Source: Oscillospiraceae bacterium (lineage in GTDB: Bacteria; Bacillota; Clostridia; Oscillospirales; Oscillospiraceae). From it: 61,115 bases of DNA. The stretch spans positions 1 through 61,115 of the forward strand of contig JAZSFJ010000102.1 of the NCBI GenBank assembly GCA_045532145.1, in the 5' to 3' direction. Shown here one piece after another: positions 1-7,601 of this stretch. The notes below the pieces were generated by a model. That model was not told where the DNA came from and searched no databases. It saw nothing but the letters and a program-made list of their open reading frames with translations. The translations under genes and the position numbers were made by a program. Numbering within the stretch: the stretch's first letter is position 1; each line of letters begins with the position of its first letter.

Positions 1-107
1 TCATCCAGACTTGATTCCTCCTTTGTTTTCTTTGTGCGGTTGGCAGACCTCACTCTAGTATAACAAAGGAGGATATTTTTTCTATGCATAGCTAAAGCTT
101 TTTGGAA

Positions 108-130
108 CCACCGGCACTGCCGGTGGTTTT
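108..130 (+). terminator. Terminator-like hairpin (CCACCGG-cactg-CCGGTGG followed by TTTT)
   Basis: 7-bp GC-rich inverted repeat plus T-run. No recognisable + strand gene lies upstream of it inside the window. Confidence 0.35.
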
Positions 131-229
131 CTGTATACAACCAAAAAGAACCACGACATAAGTCGAGGCGTTTTTTAAATGCACTTATTACTGTGAGGAC
201 AAAACCTCTGAAGATGTGAGATTCTATAA

Positions 230-520
230 AAAAAGCAAACCATTGGGACACAAGGACTTTCCTTTGTATAGGACGCGTACTCCCTGGATTGGAAGGACTT
301 AAGCGCTGGGGAAATTACGGAGCGGGTGACAGACAAGGTGCAAAGCGGCAGCATAGTGCTCTTCCACAACGCAGCAAAACATACCCCGGAGGCCTTGCCC
401 GGAATAATTGAGCATCTGCTCAGCAATGGCTATAAGATAGTGCCTGTGTCGGAAATATTGCTGCAGGGCGAGTACGAAATGGACCACACGGGGAAAATGT
501 GTCCCGTGGGAGAGGCGTAA
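230..520 (+). pseudogene. Remnant of a NodB-type polysaccharide deacetylase (C-terminal part only, internal stop)
   Basis: The frame reads ..IGTQGLSFV*DAYSLDWKDLSAGEITERV..GSIVLFHNAAKHTPEALPGIIEHLLSNGYKIVPVSEIL. This matches the D-x-x-DW and (I/L)xxH motifs of the deacetylase C-terminus. An in-frame TAG at 269-271 sits where the family usually has Trp (TGG to TAG). Several stops lie further upstream, and no TFDDG, HxxxH or RPPYG motifs are present. Confidence 0.55.
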
Positions 521-527
521 AACAATA

Positions 528-563
528 GGCGTACCGTGAAATGACGGTACGCCAGTTGTTTTT
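528..563. terminator. Bidirectional rho-independent terminator
   Basis: Perfect 10-bp stem GGCGTACCGT-gaaatg-ACGGTACGCC followed by a T-rich tract. It lies between convergent ORF ends at 520 (+) and 562 (-). Confidence 0.7.
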
Positions 564-2739
564 ATAAGAGATCATGGCTGAAATCCGCGTCTAGACCAAA
601 GAGGTTCCAGAACTCGATGTTTTCTTCGTCACCGAGGAAGTAGCCGCCGTAGGAACCGAAAACGATGGTATCACAGGAGTCAGTGCCCTTGAAGACAACC
701 ATCTTTTCACCGTTGTCCATTTCAAGAGTAAGCTTTGCACCGTAGCCACAGGAGCCAACATAGCCGAACTGTGCGTTTTTGAGTATCTCTTCAAGGCGCT
801 CAAGCTTATCGCCGCTCAGAGTGATGGCCTCATTAAGCCAGCTGCATTCAAAGGTAGCGGATTTAAGGCTTCCTACATCCTCCGGGGTGGCAAACTTATA
901 TCCGCATTTTTCGATCGCCAGCTCCAAAGCGAGAGGGGGAACGCCCCTGTTTTCGTTGTAATACACTCTCTCATCGCCGTTTTTAAGGGTTGCAGAGAAT
1001 CCGTGGCCCGGTGTGAGCTCATGCAATTCTTCGGACTTAATAGCCTCAAACTCCTCGCTGCTGAGAGCTATGCGCTCCCATACCTCTCCGAAAAGCTCGG
1101 AGATATAATAAATTTCCAGATAAGGGCCATTGATTTCAATCAGAGAAATGCCTCTTTCTGCTGCGTCTGCTATATACTCTCTGCCGTTTGGGCTGTAGCA
1201 GTAGCGGCTGAATACGCCGCTGAGACTTATGCCTCCCATTGGCTCAATGAAAATAAGGTCATTGTCTTTTGAATAGTGAATGCGGCTTTTAGTGATTTGG
1301 TAGACATCCGTATCGGGAAGCTCTCCCAGAGTGAGTGCATGTTCAACGGCTTCGCTCTGCGCCTCAGTGTAGAGTATCTGTGCCCAGCCATCGGGAGCGC
1401 CCATCTCAACGCCCCACATATTCTCAAGGATGCTTTCACCCTCTTTTCCGACATAATGCCCAATAATGTAAGCCGTACTGCCGTCGCTGCTCTCTCTGGC
1501 CATTAGCTCATAATAATCCAATAGTTCCCCATATTCTGCGATAATTTCATTTTTCTTAGTGCCACCCATATCGACAAACTCTGCTCCGGGTGCAGCAAGC
1601 TCAAGAAAATATGCAAGATCCTGAATAGCGTCCGGTGAATTCATTACCGGTTTCTGGTTTATGGGCTGTTCAGGAATGGGGCCGGGCTTTTCAACATCCG
1701 AACCTTCGCTGAATTCTGCAAGAGTCTGGGGAGTTGAAATGGGAGGAGGGACAGATACATTATCTTCCACAGGTGTGGTGCACATTGTAAAGCAGAGTAC
1801 CGCTGCCAGCATAAGGGCTATCAAAGCGGCGCAGCGCACGGTGTGACCGTTTGCCAGTGTGCTTATGCGCTCTTTGAGAAGCTTTTTGCTGCCGCTCATG
1901 GTGGAGAGACAGACCATGCGTCCGGTATTGCCTCTTGGAACACGGGAGGCAAGGGAGATAAGAGCCAGGCCGTAGCTCATTCGCCTGTCATGGTCCATGT
2001 CACGGGTGGCAGCGGCGTCGCAGGCAGTCTCGCAATCTGCTCTGAACATTTCCGAGCAGAGCCAGACGAGGGGGTGAAACCAGAATAGAGCAAGCATTAT
2101 GCCACGGACTACGCCCCATATATGGTCGAGACGTTTATAGTGGGTGGTCTCGTGGAGAATGGTCATCTCCAAAACCTCGTCTGAAATGAGAGTCTGGGCG
2201 TTTATATATATTCTGGGTTTGATTACGCCTGCGAGACAGGGGCTGGGAAGAGCCCTCAGAAGATAAACCGGGAGTCCCCAACCGTCCCCAAGCTTTTCAG
2301 CATGGCGTTGGCTCGTTTTGTAAAACCGCATATTCTGATATATTATGATGCCTCCCGTCACAAGCGCACCCGCGAGCCATATCAATAGGAGAATGGTGGA
2401 AAGGCTGATTCCACTCTGGGGAGCGGCCGCAAAAGCATCGGGAGCGGCTTCAATACTAGGAATGTCGGAAGGGGTGAGGCCGATACCGCTGCCCAGCCAT
2501 GTGGGAGCTTCAAGAGGGCGGCTTACGGCTGCGGAAAGCTCCGAGGAAACGGGCTCAATGGGAGCCATTATGCTTACAGGACTGGGAATGCGGAAGGGAA
2601 AAAGTAGCCTCAAAGCGGGCAGAGCCCATAGGGCGCAGCGGGCTCGGGGGGACACAAAGCGCTTGAGCAGGGGACGCAGAGCTATAAGGGCCAACATTAG
2701 AGCCGTGGCCTGAATGAGGATGGTGAGAATATCGCTCAT
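562..2739 (-). CDS. BlaR1/MecR1-like M56 peptidase signal transducer with an unrecognised extracytoplasmic C-terminal domain
   Basis: ORF track 562..2814. Start moved to ATG 2739 (MSDILTIL), which has GGAGG upstream and a 1-nt TAATG overlap with the upstream regulator. Multi-TM N-terminus carries the zinc-peptidase motif HETTHYKRLDH (HExxH). A further TM segment follows, then about 390 aa with no domain I can name. Confidence 0.8.
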   Translation of the reverse strand: MSDILTILIQATALMLALIALRPLLKRFVSPRARCALWALPALRLLFPFRIPSPVSIMAPIEPVSSELSAAVSRPLEAPTWLGSGIGLTPSDIPSIEAAPDAFAAAPQSGISLSTILLLIWLAGALVTGGIIIYQNMRFYKTSQRHAEKLGDGWGLPVYLLRALPSPCLAGVIKPRIYINAQTLISDEVLEMTILHETTHYKRLDHIWGVVRGIMLALFWFHPLVWLCSEMFRADCETACDAAATRDMDHDRRMSYGLALISLASRVPRGNTGRMVCLSTMSGSKKLLKERISTLANGHTVRCAALIALMLAAVLCFTMCTTPVEDNVSVPPPISTPQTLAEFSEGSDVEKPGPIPEQPINQKPVMNSPDAIQDLAYFLELAAPGAEFVDMGGTKKNEIIAEYGELLDYYELMARESSDGSTAYIIGHYVGKEGESILENMWGVEMGAPDGWAQILYTEAQSEAVEHALTLGELPDTDVYQITKSRIHYSKDNDLIFIEPMGGISLSGVFSRYCYSPNGREYIADAAERGISLIEINGPYLEIYYISELFGEVWERIALSSEEFEAIKSEELHELTPGHGFSATLKNGDERVYYNENRGVPPLALELAIEKCGYKFATPEDVGSLKSATFECSWLNEAITLSGDKLERLEEILKNAQFGYVGSCGYGAKLTLEMDNGEKMVVFKGTDSCDTIVFGSYGGYFLGDEENIEFWNLFGLDADFSHDLL

Positions 2740-3113
2740 TATTTGCCTCCTCTCAGTATCGCGATAAGCTCCTCCCGTTCTTCGTCGCTGAGCGTGGCGG
2801 CATTCACCGCGCACTGTATCATAAGGAGCTTTTCACCGCCGTATACACGGCCAAGAAGGTCTTCGGTTTCTTTCTGTACCGCCTCGTTGCGGTCCATTGT
2901 GGCGGAATAGCGGATGGGACGGCCTTCGTGGATGCGTATGGCACCCTTGGCTTCCATACGCTTGAGAAAAGAAATAACGGAGTGGAGGCTCCAATCTTTT
3001 TCTCCTGCCAGATCATCCATTATCTCACGGACGCTCATAGGCTTATCGCTGCGCCATAGGCTCTGCATAAGACGCCATTCAACATCCGAAAGGCTGATTT
3101 TATTGTTTTTCAT
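2739..3113 (-). CDS. BlaI/MecI/CopY-family winged-helix transcriptional repressor
   Basis: ISLSDVEWRLMQSLWRSDKPMSVREIMDDL..WSLHSVISFLKRMEAKGAI is typical of the Penicillinase_R family. Start set at ATG 3113 (MKNNK) because AGAGGTG lies upstream; the track start at 3122 is a GTG inside that RBS. Confidence 0.85.
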   Translation of the reverse strand: MKNNKISLSDVEWRLMQSLWRSDKPMSVREIMDDLAGEKDWSLHSVISFLKRMEAKGAIRIHEGRPIRYSATMDRNEAVQKETEDLLGRVYGGEKLLMIQCAVNAATLSDEEREELIAILRGGK

Positions 3114-3152
3114 GTTGTTCACCTCTGAAATTTACCGGTGGATAGAGTAATG

Positions 3153-3168
3153 GTTAAGCAATTGCCTA
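3153..3168. promoter_or_regulatory. Operator-like palindrome TTAAGCA-AT-TGCCTAA
   Basis: 7+2+7 inverted repeat with 1 mismatch. It overlaps the predicted transcription start of the blaI-like gene. Confidence 0.4.
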
Positions 3169-3172
3169 ACTT

Positions 3173-3201
3173 GACAATAGCACAGTTTGATGTTACTGTC
3201 A
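3173..3201 (-). promoter_or_regulatory. SigA-type promoter for the blaI/blaR1-like operon (TTGACA-17-TATTGT)
   Basis: Minus-strand TTGACA at 3201..3196, 17-nt spacer, TATTGT at 3178..3173. It is embedded in a larger imperfect palindrome (TTGACA...TGTCAA, ACAGT...ACTGT). Confidence 0.45.
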
Positions 3202-3209
3202 ACAATTAT

Positions 3210-3225
3210 TTTAGGCAAATGCCTA
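3210..3225. promoter_or_regulatory. Operator-like perfect palindrome TTAGGCA-AA-TGCCTAA
   Basis: Perfect 7+2+7 inverted repeat just upstream of the -35 box and 57 bp from the related palindrome at 3153-3168. A third TTGCCTAA half-site is at 3394-3401. Confidence 0.4.
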
Positions 3226-3444
3226 ATAAAACGCAAAAAAAGTTATGCCCGTTGCGTGTGGTATTACTTTTTAAGCTCTATCTGAATTGTTTATGTGGTA
3301 GAGGGTGATTAACTACCAGTTATTATATTATTGAAAACAAGCTTTTTACAAATTGCGACATTGGAGGCTATACCAAACTCAACGCAGCGTTTGTTGCCTA
3401 ATAATAGTTTTTTTGTTATCATAAAGGTGGAAGGAGGGCCCGCT

Positions 3445-4197
3445 ATGGACAGTATAAAAACCGGTAATCTCATTGCAAAAACAAGAAAAGAGAAAGATAT
3501 GACTCAGCGCGCCCTTGCTGAGATGCTTCATATCAGTGACCGCACTGTGAGTAAATGGGAGCGAGGAGTGGGTTTTCCTGATGTGTCGATGCTGGAGCCT
3601 TTGGCAGATGTACTGGGCCTTACGGTAACGGAGTTGCTTCATGGTGAGTGTAATGAAATCCTGGGCGCTGACAACGAAGTGCGCTATGCGTTGAAGGTGA
3701 TAAGACAGTACCGAAGGGAGATGCTTAAAAGAAATATCCGTGATGTAGTGCTGGCAGTTTTGTGCATAGCTGTTCTTGGATTTTTCACCTTTGCCTTCGC
3801 TGAGCGGTGGGGCGCTTTCAGTGAGGATATTTATCTGGAGCTTGAAGCTGGAGTATATATAGACGGCCTACGCGTTGAGGACACGAAGGTAATCATTTAT
3901 GGTTCAAGGAACAAGCTCAGCAATGAGTTTAGCGGACGCCTCGCTATAGACTGGTTGGAAAAAACCTGCCGGGAGAAGACGAAGGCTCATATAGCTTGGA
4001 GCGAAAATGGCCAGAATATCGGCTATTATGGCTATGGGCAACTCGGCTTTGTGCCCCTCGACAACAATTGCTATTTCAGCTCCAATATGATGAGTTTTGC
4101 CATAGAAAACTCGGAGGAGGGCTGGGTTATTGCTACCGACGACTATCTGGCAGAGCTTATGGCGCTGGAGGGTTATTATCCCCTCATAGAACCGTGA
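3445..4197 (+). CDS. Membrane-anchored XRE-family (HTH_3) transcriptional regulator with an uncharacterised C-terminal domain
   Basis: MTQRALAEMLHISDRTVSKWERG helix-turn-helix, then one TM segment (VVLAVLCIAVLGFFTFAFA). Start at ATG 3445 with GGAAGGAGGG upstream; the track ORF starts at 3331. Confidence 0.8.
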   Translation: MDSIKTGNLIAKTRKEKDMTQRALAEMLHISDRTVSKWERGVGFPDVSMLEPLADVLGLTVTELLHGECNEILGADNEVRYALKVIRQYRREMLKRNIRDVVLAVLCIAVLGFFTFAFAERWGAFSEDIYLELEAGVYIDGLRVEDTKVIIYGSRNKLSNEFSGRLAIDWLEKTCREKTKAHIAWSENGQNIGYYGYGQLGFVPLDNNCYFSSNMMSFAIENSEEGWVIATDDYLAELMALEGYYPLIEP

Positions 4198-4226
4198 CAT
4201 CATTTTTATTAATAACAAGAAATAAT

Positions 4227-4259
4227 GGTCCGTGCCTGATAGTAGGCACGGACCGTTTT
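4227..4259. terminator. Bidirectional rho-independent terminator
   Basis: Perfect 11-bp stem GGTCCGTGCCT-gatagt-AGGCACGGACC followed by GTTTT, between convergent genes. Confidence 0.7.
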
Positions 4260-4267
4260 CGATGCTT

Positions 4268-5029
4268 TTATTCGTTTGTGCCGGTGGTTGTAATATCTCT
4301 GTAAAAAGCAGCAGTTGCGGCTTGGCTATAGGGCGTGAGGAAAACAAAGCCTGCAAGGGAAATAATGCAGAGGAATAAAAAGAACAATAGGCCAGCCGCG
4401 CTTGTCACAGTCTTTATGGGATATAAAGTTATAAGAAGGATAAAAGGAAGAGTGCAAAGTATTGTCCAGCCCAGAAAGCTGAAATGAAGACAAAACAGCC
4501 GCCATTTGTTGCCATGCATTATTCTCTTTGACTCGTTTATTGCATCGTGAACGCTGTAATCCCGGTGCTCTGCCAGAATGTAGGCCGTCATGGAATAGCT
4601 GTAGCTCTTTACTATACCGGGGATAACAAGAAGCAGAGACCAAAGGCTTGTGTAAAGCCATACCATGAATTGCATACCAAAGCCGCTCCAAAGACGGTCA
4701 AACTGGGAAAATACATCTGAAACAGAAACATCCTCGCCGTCCACAAGCTTCAGATTGAATTTGCAGTAGCCCAATGTGGCAGCGCCGCCCACAATAAAGG
4801 TGAAAACGGCGTAAAGTATGACGATTATCATGAGTACGGTCAAAAGCCTCAGCGCATTCTCGGGCAGGAAGCTAAAATCATAGTCGACTTCCTGAGAAGA
4901 AGAGGCGCCGGAGCTGAGACCGGCACCCAGAAGCGATGCCAAAAAGCCGCTGAGCAAGGCGGTTTTCCAGCGCCCTCTGAGAGCGTCCAGAGCATCGGTT
5001 TTAAAATCGGCAGATACTTTCATTGGCAT
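4268..5029 (-). CDS. DUF975-family integral membrane protein
   Basis: Multi-TM protein with IPGIVKSYSYSM...ESKRIMHGNKWRLFCLHFSFLGW. Clear paralog of the ORF at 60288-61052. Confidence 0.7.
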   Translation of the reverse strand: MPMKVSADFKTDALDALRGRWKTALLSGFLASLLGAGLSSGASSSQEVDYDFSFLPENALRLLTVLMIIVILYAVFTFIVGGAATLGYCKFNLKLVDGEDVSVSDVFSQFDRLWSGFGMQFMVWLYTSLWSLLLVIPGIVKSYSYSMTAYILAEHRDYSVHDAINESKRIMHGNKWRLFCLHFSFLGWTILCTLPFILLITLYPIKTVTSAAGLLFFLFLCIISLAGFVFLTPYSQAATAAFYRDITTTGTNE

Positions 5030-5227
5030 TACCCGTCCTTTCCTGTAATTTATAGTATTATATCATACAATGACGCCACTTGTCTATGTTGAGCTCAATC
5101 AAAATCTGTGCGCCTTTTTTTGACATGGAAGCAGCAAAGTTTTGATAAATTTTCCCTCGAATTGAATATAAAAATGGCCTTTGATATAATTTTTTAAATA
5201 TTTCCTATATGTTTAGGAGGCAAGAAA

Positions 5228-6115
5228 ATGAAAAGGGAAGAGATAAATATCCGCGACCCGTATGTGCTTTTGCACGGAGATACCTATTATCTCTACGGCA
5301 CCCGCAGCGAGAGCTGCTGGGGAGAGTGCGACGGCTTTGACTGCTATCATAGCTGCGACCTTGTTTCTTGGGAAGGACCGGTGGAGGTTTTCCACCGTCC
5401 TAAAGGCTTCTTTGCCGACAGGAACTACTGGGCCCCGGAGGTCTATTGCCATGATGGCAGCTTCTATATGCTCACCACCTTCGGCTGTGATGAGAGAAAA
5501 AAGGGAGTTTATCTTCTTCGTGCCAATAATCCTCTTGGCCCCTTTGAAGCCCTTGGTGACAAGCCTCTGACCCCTCCCGACTGGGCCTGCATAGACGGAA
5601 GTCTCTATTTCGACGGGGCGCAGGAGCCATGGCTCATTTTCTCCCATTCCTTTGAGGACGAGCCAAGGGGAGATATGTGTGCCGTGAGACTTAGTGCAGA
5701 CCTTTCAAAAGCCCTGTCAGAGCCCTGTTTGCTTTTCTCTGCTGCCGATGCTCCGTGGGCGCGGCCTGTGCCCTTTGCCAAGGCGGAGTTCGGTATGGAT
5801 GGCGATGTTTACTTCACCGACGGTCCCTGTATGCGAAAAATGGAGGACGGAAGCCTCATATGCCTTTGGGCCAGCTGGTCGGAGCGGGGCTACGCCGTAG
5901 GAGCTGCCCAGTCCAAAAGCGGCGACATCACCGGGCCTTGGAAGCATCTTCCCGAAAAGGTCTTCCCAGAAAACGGAGGCCACGGAATGCTCTTTGAGGA
6001 TAAGAGCGGCCAGCTTTTCTACACCCTCCATTATCCCAACGACAAATATATGGAGCGCCCCATTTTCCGCAGGGTGGAAATTAAAGATGATAGACTAATT
6101 CTTGCAGATAGATAA
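5228..6115 (+). CDS. Glycoside hydrolase family 43 (arabinofuranosidase/arabinanase-like)
   Basis: N-terminal IRDPYVL..GDTYYLYGT and NYWAPEV motifs typical of the GH43 five-bladed propeller. TAGGAGG RBS; first gene of the arabinose cluster. Confidence 0.75.
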   Translation: MKREEINIRDPYVLLHGDTYYLYGTRSESCWGECDGFDCYHSCDLVSWEGPVEVFHRPKGFFADRNYWAPEVYCHDGSFYMLTTFGCDERKKGVYLLRANNPLGPFEALGDKPLTPPDWACIDGSLYFDGAQEPWLIFSHSFEDEPRGDMCAVRLSADLSKALSEPCLLFSAADAPWARPVPFAKAEFGMDGDVYFTDGPCMRKMEDGSLICLWASWSERGYAVGAAQSKSGDITGPWKHLPEKVFPENGGHGMLFEDKSGQLFYTLHYPNDKYMERPIFRRVEIKDDRLILADR

Positions 6116-6132
6116 TTAAGGAGGCTTTTACT

Positions 6133-7596
6133 ATGTCCAAATATTCATTCTGGTTTGTTGTAGGCTCCCAGACCCTCTATGGTCCCGAGGTCCTTGATAT
6201 CGTGGCTCAGAGAGCTGCAGAAATGGCTGAGAAGCTCAGTGCAGTGCTGCCCTATCCCCTTGTGTACAAGGTAACCGCCAAGAGCAACGAGGAGATAAGT
6301 GCCATTGTCAAAGAGGCCAATTATGACGACAGCTGCTGCGGTATAGTGGCATGGTGCCACACCTTCAGCCCATCCAAGATGTGGGTAAACGGCCTCGCAG
6401 CATTGCAGAAGCCCTACTGCCATCTGGCCACCCAGTATAACCGCCTCATCCCCAATGAGGAAATCGATATGGACTTCATGAATCTAAATCAGGCTGCCCA
6501 CGGCGACCGTGAGCACGGCTTCATCGCCGCCAGACTGAGAATGCCCAGAAAGATAATTGCAGGCCATTGGGAAGACAAGGCAGTGCAGAAAAAGCTTGGG
6601 GACTGGATGAAGTCTGCTGTTGGCGCCGCTTTTTCCCGCTCTTTGAAGGTCATGCGCTTTGGCGACAATATGCGCGAAGTTGCCGTCACCGAGGGCGACA
6701 AGGTTGAGGCCCAGCTGAAGCTTGGCTGGCAGGTAAATACCTGGCCTGTGGGCACTCTGGCAGAGACAATGAATGCCATTACTGAGGGAGAAATAGACGC
6801 CCTCATGGCTGAATATACCGCCTCCTATGACATGGCAACAGAGGATATAGCCACTGTCCGCTATCAGGCCAGAGAGGAAATCGCCATCAAAAAGATGATG
6901 GATGCCGAAGGCTACAAGGCCTTCTCCAACACCTTCCAGGACCTTTACGGCATGGAACAGCTTCCCGGCCTTGCTTCACAGCACCTCATGAGTCTTGGCT
7001 ATGGCTACGGCGGCGAGGGTGACTGGAAGGTAGCAGCGCTCACCGCTGTCATGAAAGCCATGGGCGAGGGCGGAAACGGCGCATCCCTTTTCATGGAGGA
7101 CTATACTTACCATCTGGAAGAGGGCAATGAGTATTCTCTGGGTGCCCATATGCTTGAGGTATGCCCCTGCTGCGCTGCAAACAGACCCCGTATTGAAGTC
7201 CATCCCCTTGGCATTGGTGACAGACAGCCTCCCGCACGCCTTGTTTTTGAAGGCAAGGAGGGAGATGCCATCGTTGCTACCCTTGTGGATATGGGCGGCA
7301 GAATGCGCCTTATCGTTCAGGATATCCGCTGCGTGAAGCCCATTATGCCCATGCCCAATCTCCCTGTGGCCCGTGTTATGTGGAAGGCCATGCCCGACCT
7401 TGCCACAGGCATTGAATGCTGGGTAACAGCAGGCGGCGCACACCACTCTGTCTTGTCCTATGATGTCAGTGCCCAGCAGATGAAGGATTGGGCCAATATA
7501 ATGGGCATAGAGTTTGTGCATATCACCGCTGAAACCAAGCTTCAGGAGCTTGAAAAGGAACTCTTCCTCATGGATCTGGCATGGAAGCTCAGGTGA
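6133..7596 (+). CDS. araA: L-arabinose isomerase
   Basis: 487 aa. FWFVVGSQTLYGPEVL N-terminus and overall length are typical of AraA. AAGGAGG RBS. Confidence 0.92.
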   Translation: MSKYSFWFVVGSQTLYGPEVLDIVAQRAAEMAEKLSAVLPYPLVYKVTAKSNEEISAIVKEANYDDSCCGIVAWCHTFSPSKMWVNGLAALQKPYCHLATQYNRLIPNEEIDMDFMNLNQAAHGDREHGFIAARLRMPRKIIAGHWEDKAVQKKLGDWMKSAVGAAFSRSLKVMRFGDNMREVAVTEGDKVEAQLKLGWQVNTWPVGTLAETMNAITEGEIDALMAEYTASYDMATEDIATVRYQAREEIAIKKMMDAEGYKAFSNTFQDLYGMEQLPGLASQHLMSLGYGYGGEGDWKVAALTAVMKAMGEGGNGASLFMEDYTYHLEEGNEYSLGAHMLEVCPCCAANRPRIEVHPLGIGDRQPPARLVFEGKEGDAIVATLVDMGGRMRLIVQDIRCVKPIMPMPNLPVARVMWKAMPDLATGIECWVTAGGAHHSVLSYDVSAQQMKDWANIMGIEFVHITAETKLQELEKELFLMDLAWKLR

Positions 7597-7601
7597 AAAC
7601 T

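Noticed and set aside
1-30. Possible start of a minus-strand gene at the left edge (reverse complement reads AAAGGAGG-N12-ATG at 4..2)
   Set aside because: Only the start codon would lie inside the window and the spacing is long, so it cannot be supported.
84-95. Three-codon ORF (ATG CAT AGC TAA) with an AAGGAGG upstream, followed by a hairpin
   Set aside because: It is too short to support as a gene or leader peptide. The RBS-like sequence may belong to neighbouring promoter sequence for a gene to the left.
2740-2814. N-terminal extensions in the ORF track (2740-2814 on the BlaR1-like gene; also 3331-3444, 36238-36300, 46846-47052, 20904-20948, 18480-18506, 29523-29540)
   Set aside because: The extensions overlap upstream genes or RBS sequences. 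Internal starts have better Shine-Dalgarno spacing and match the family N-termini.
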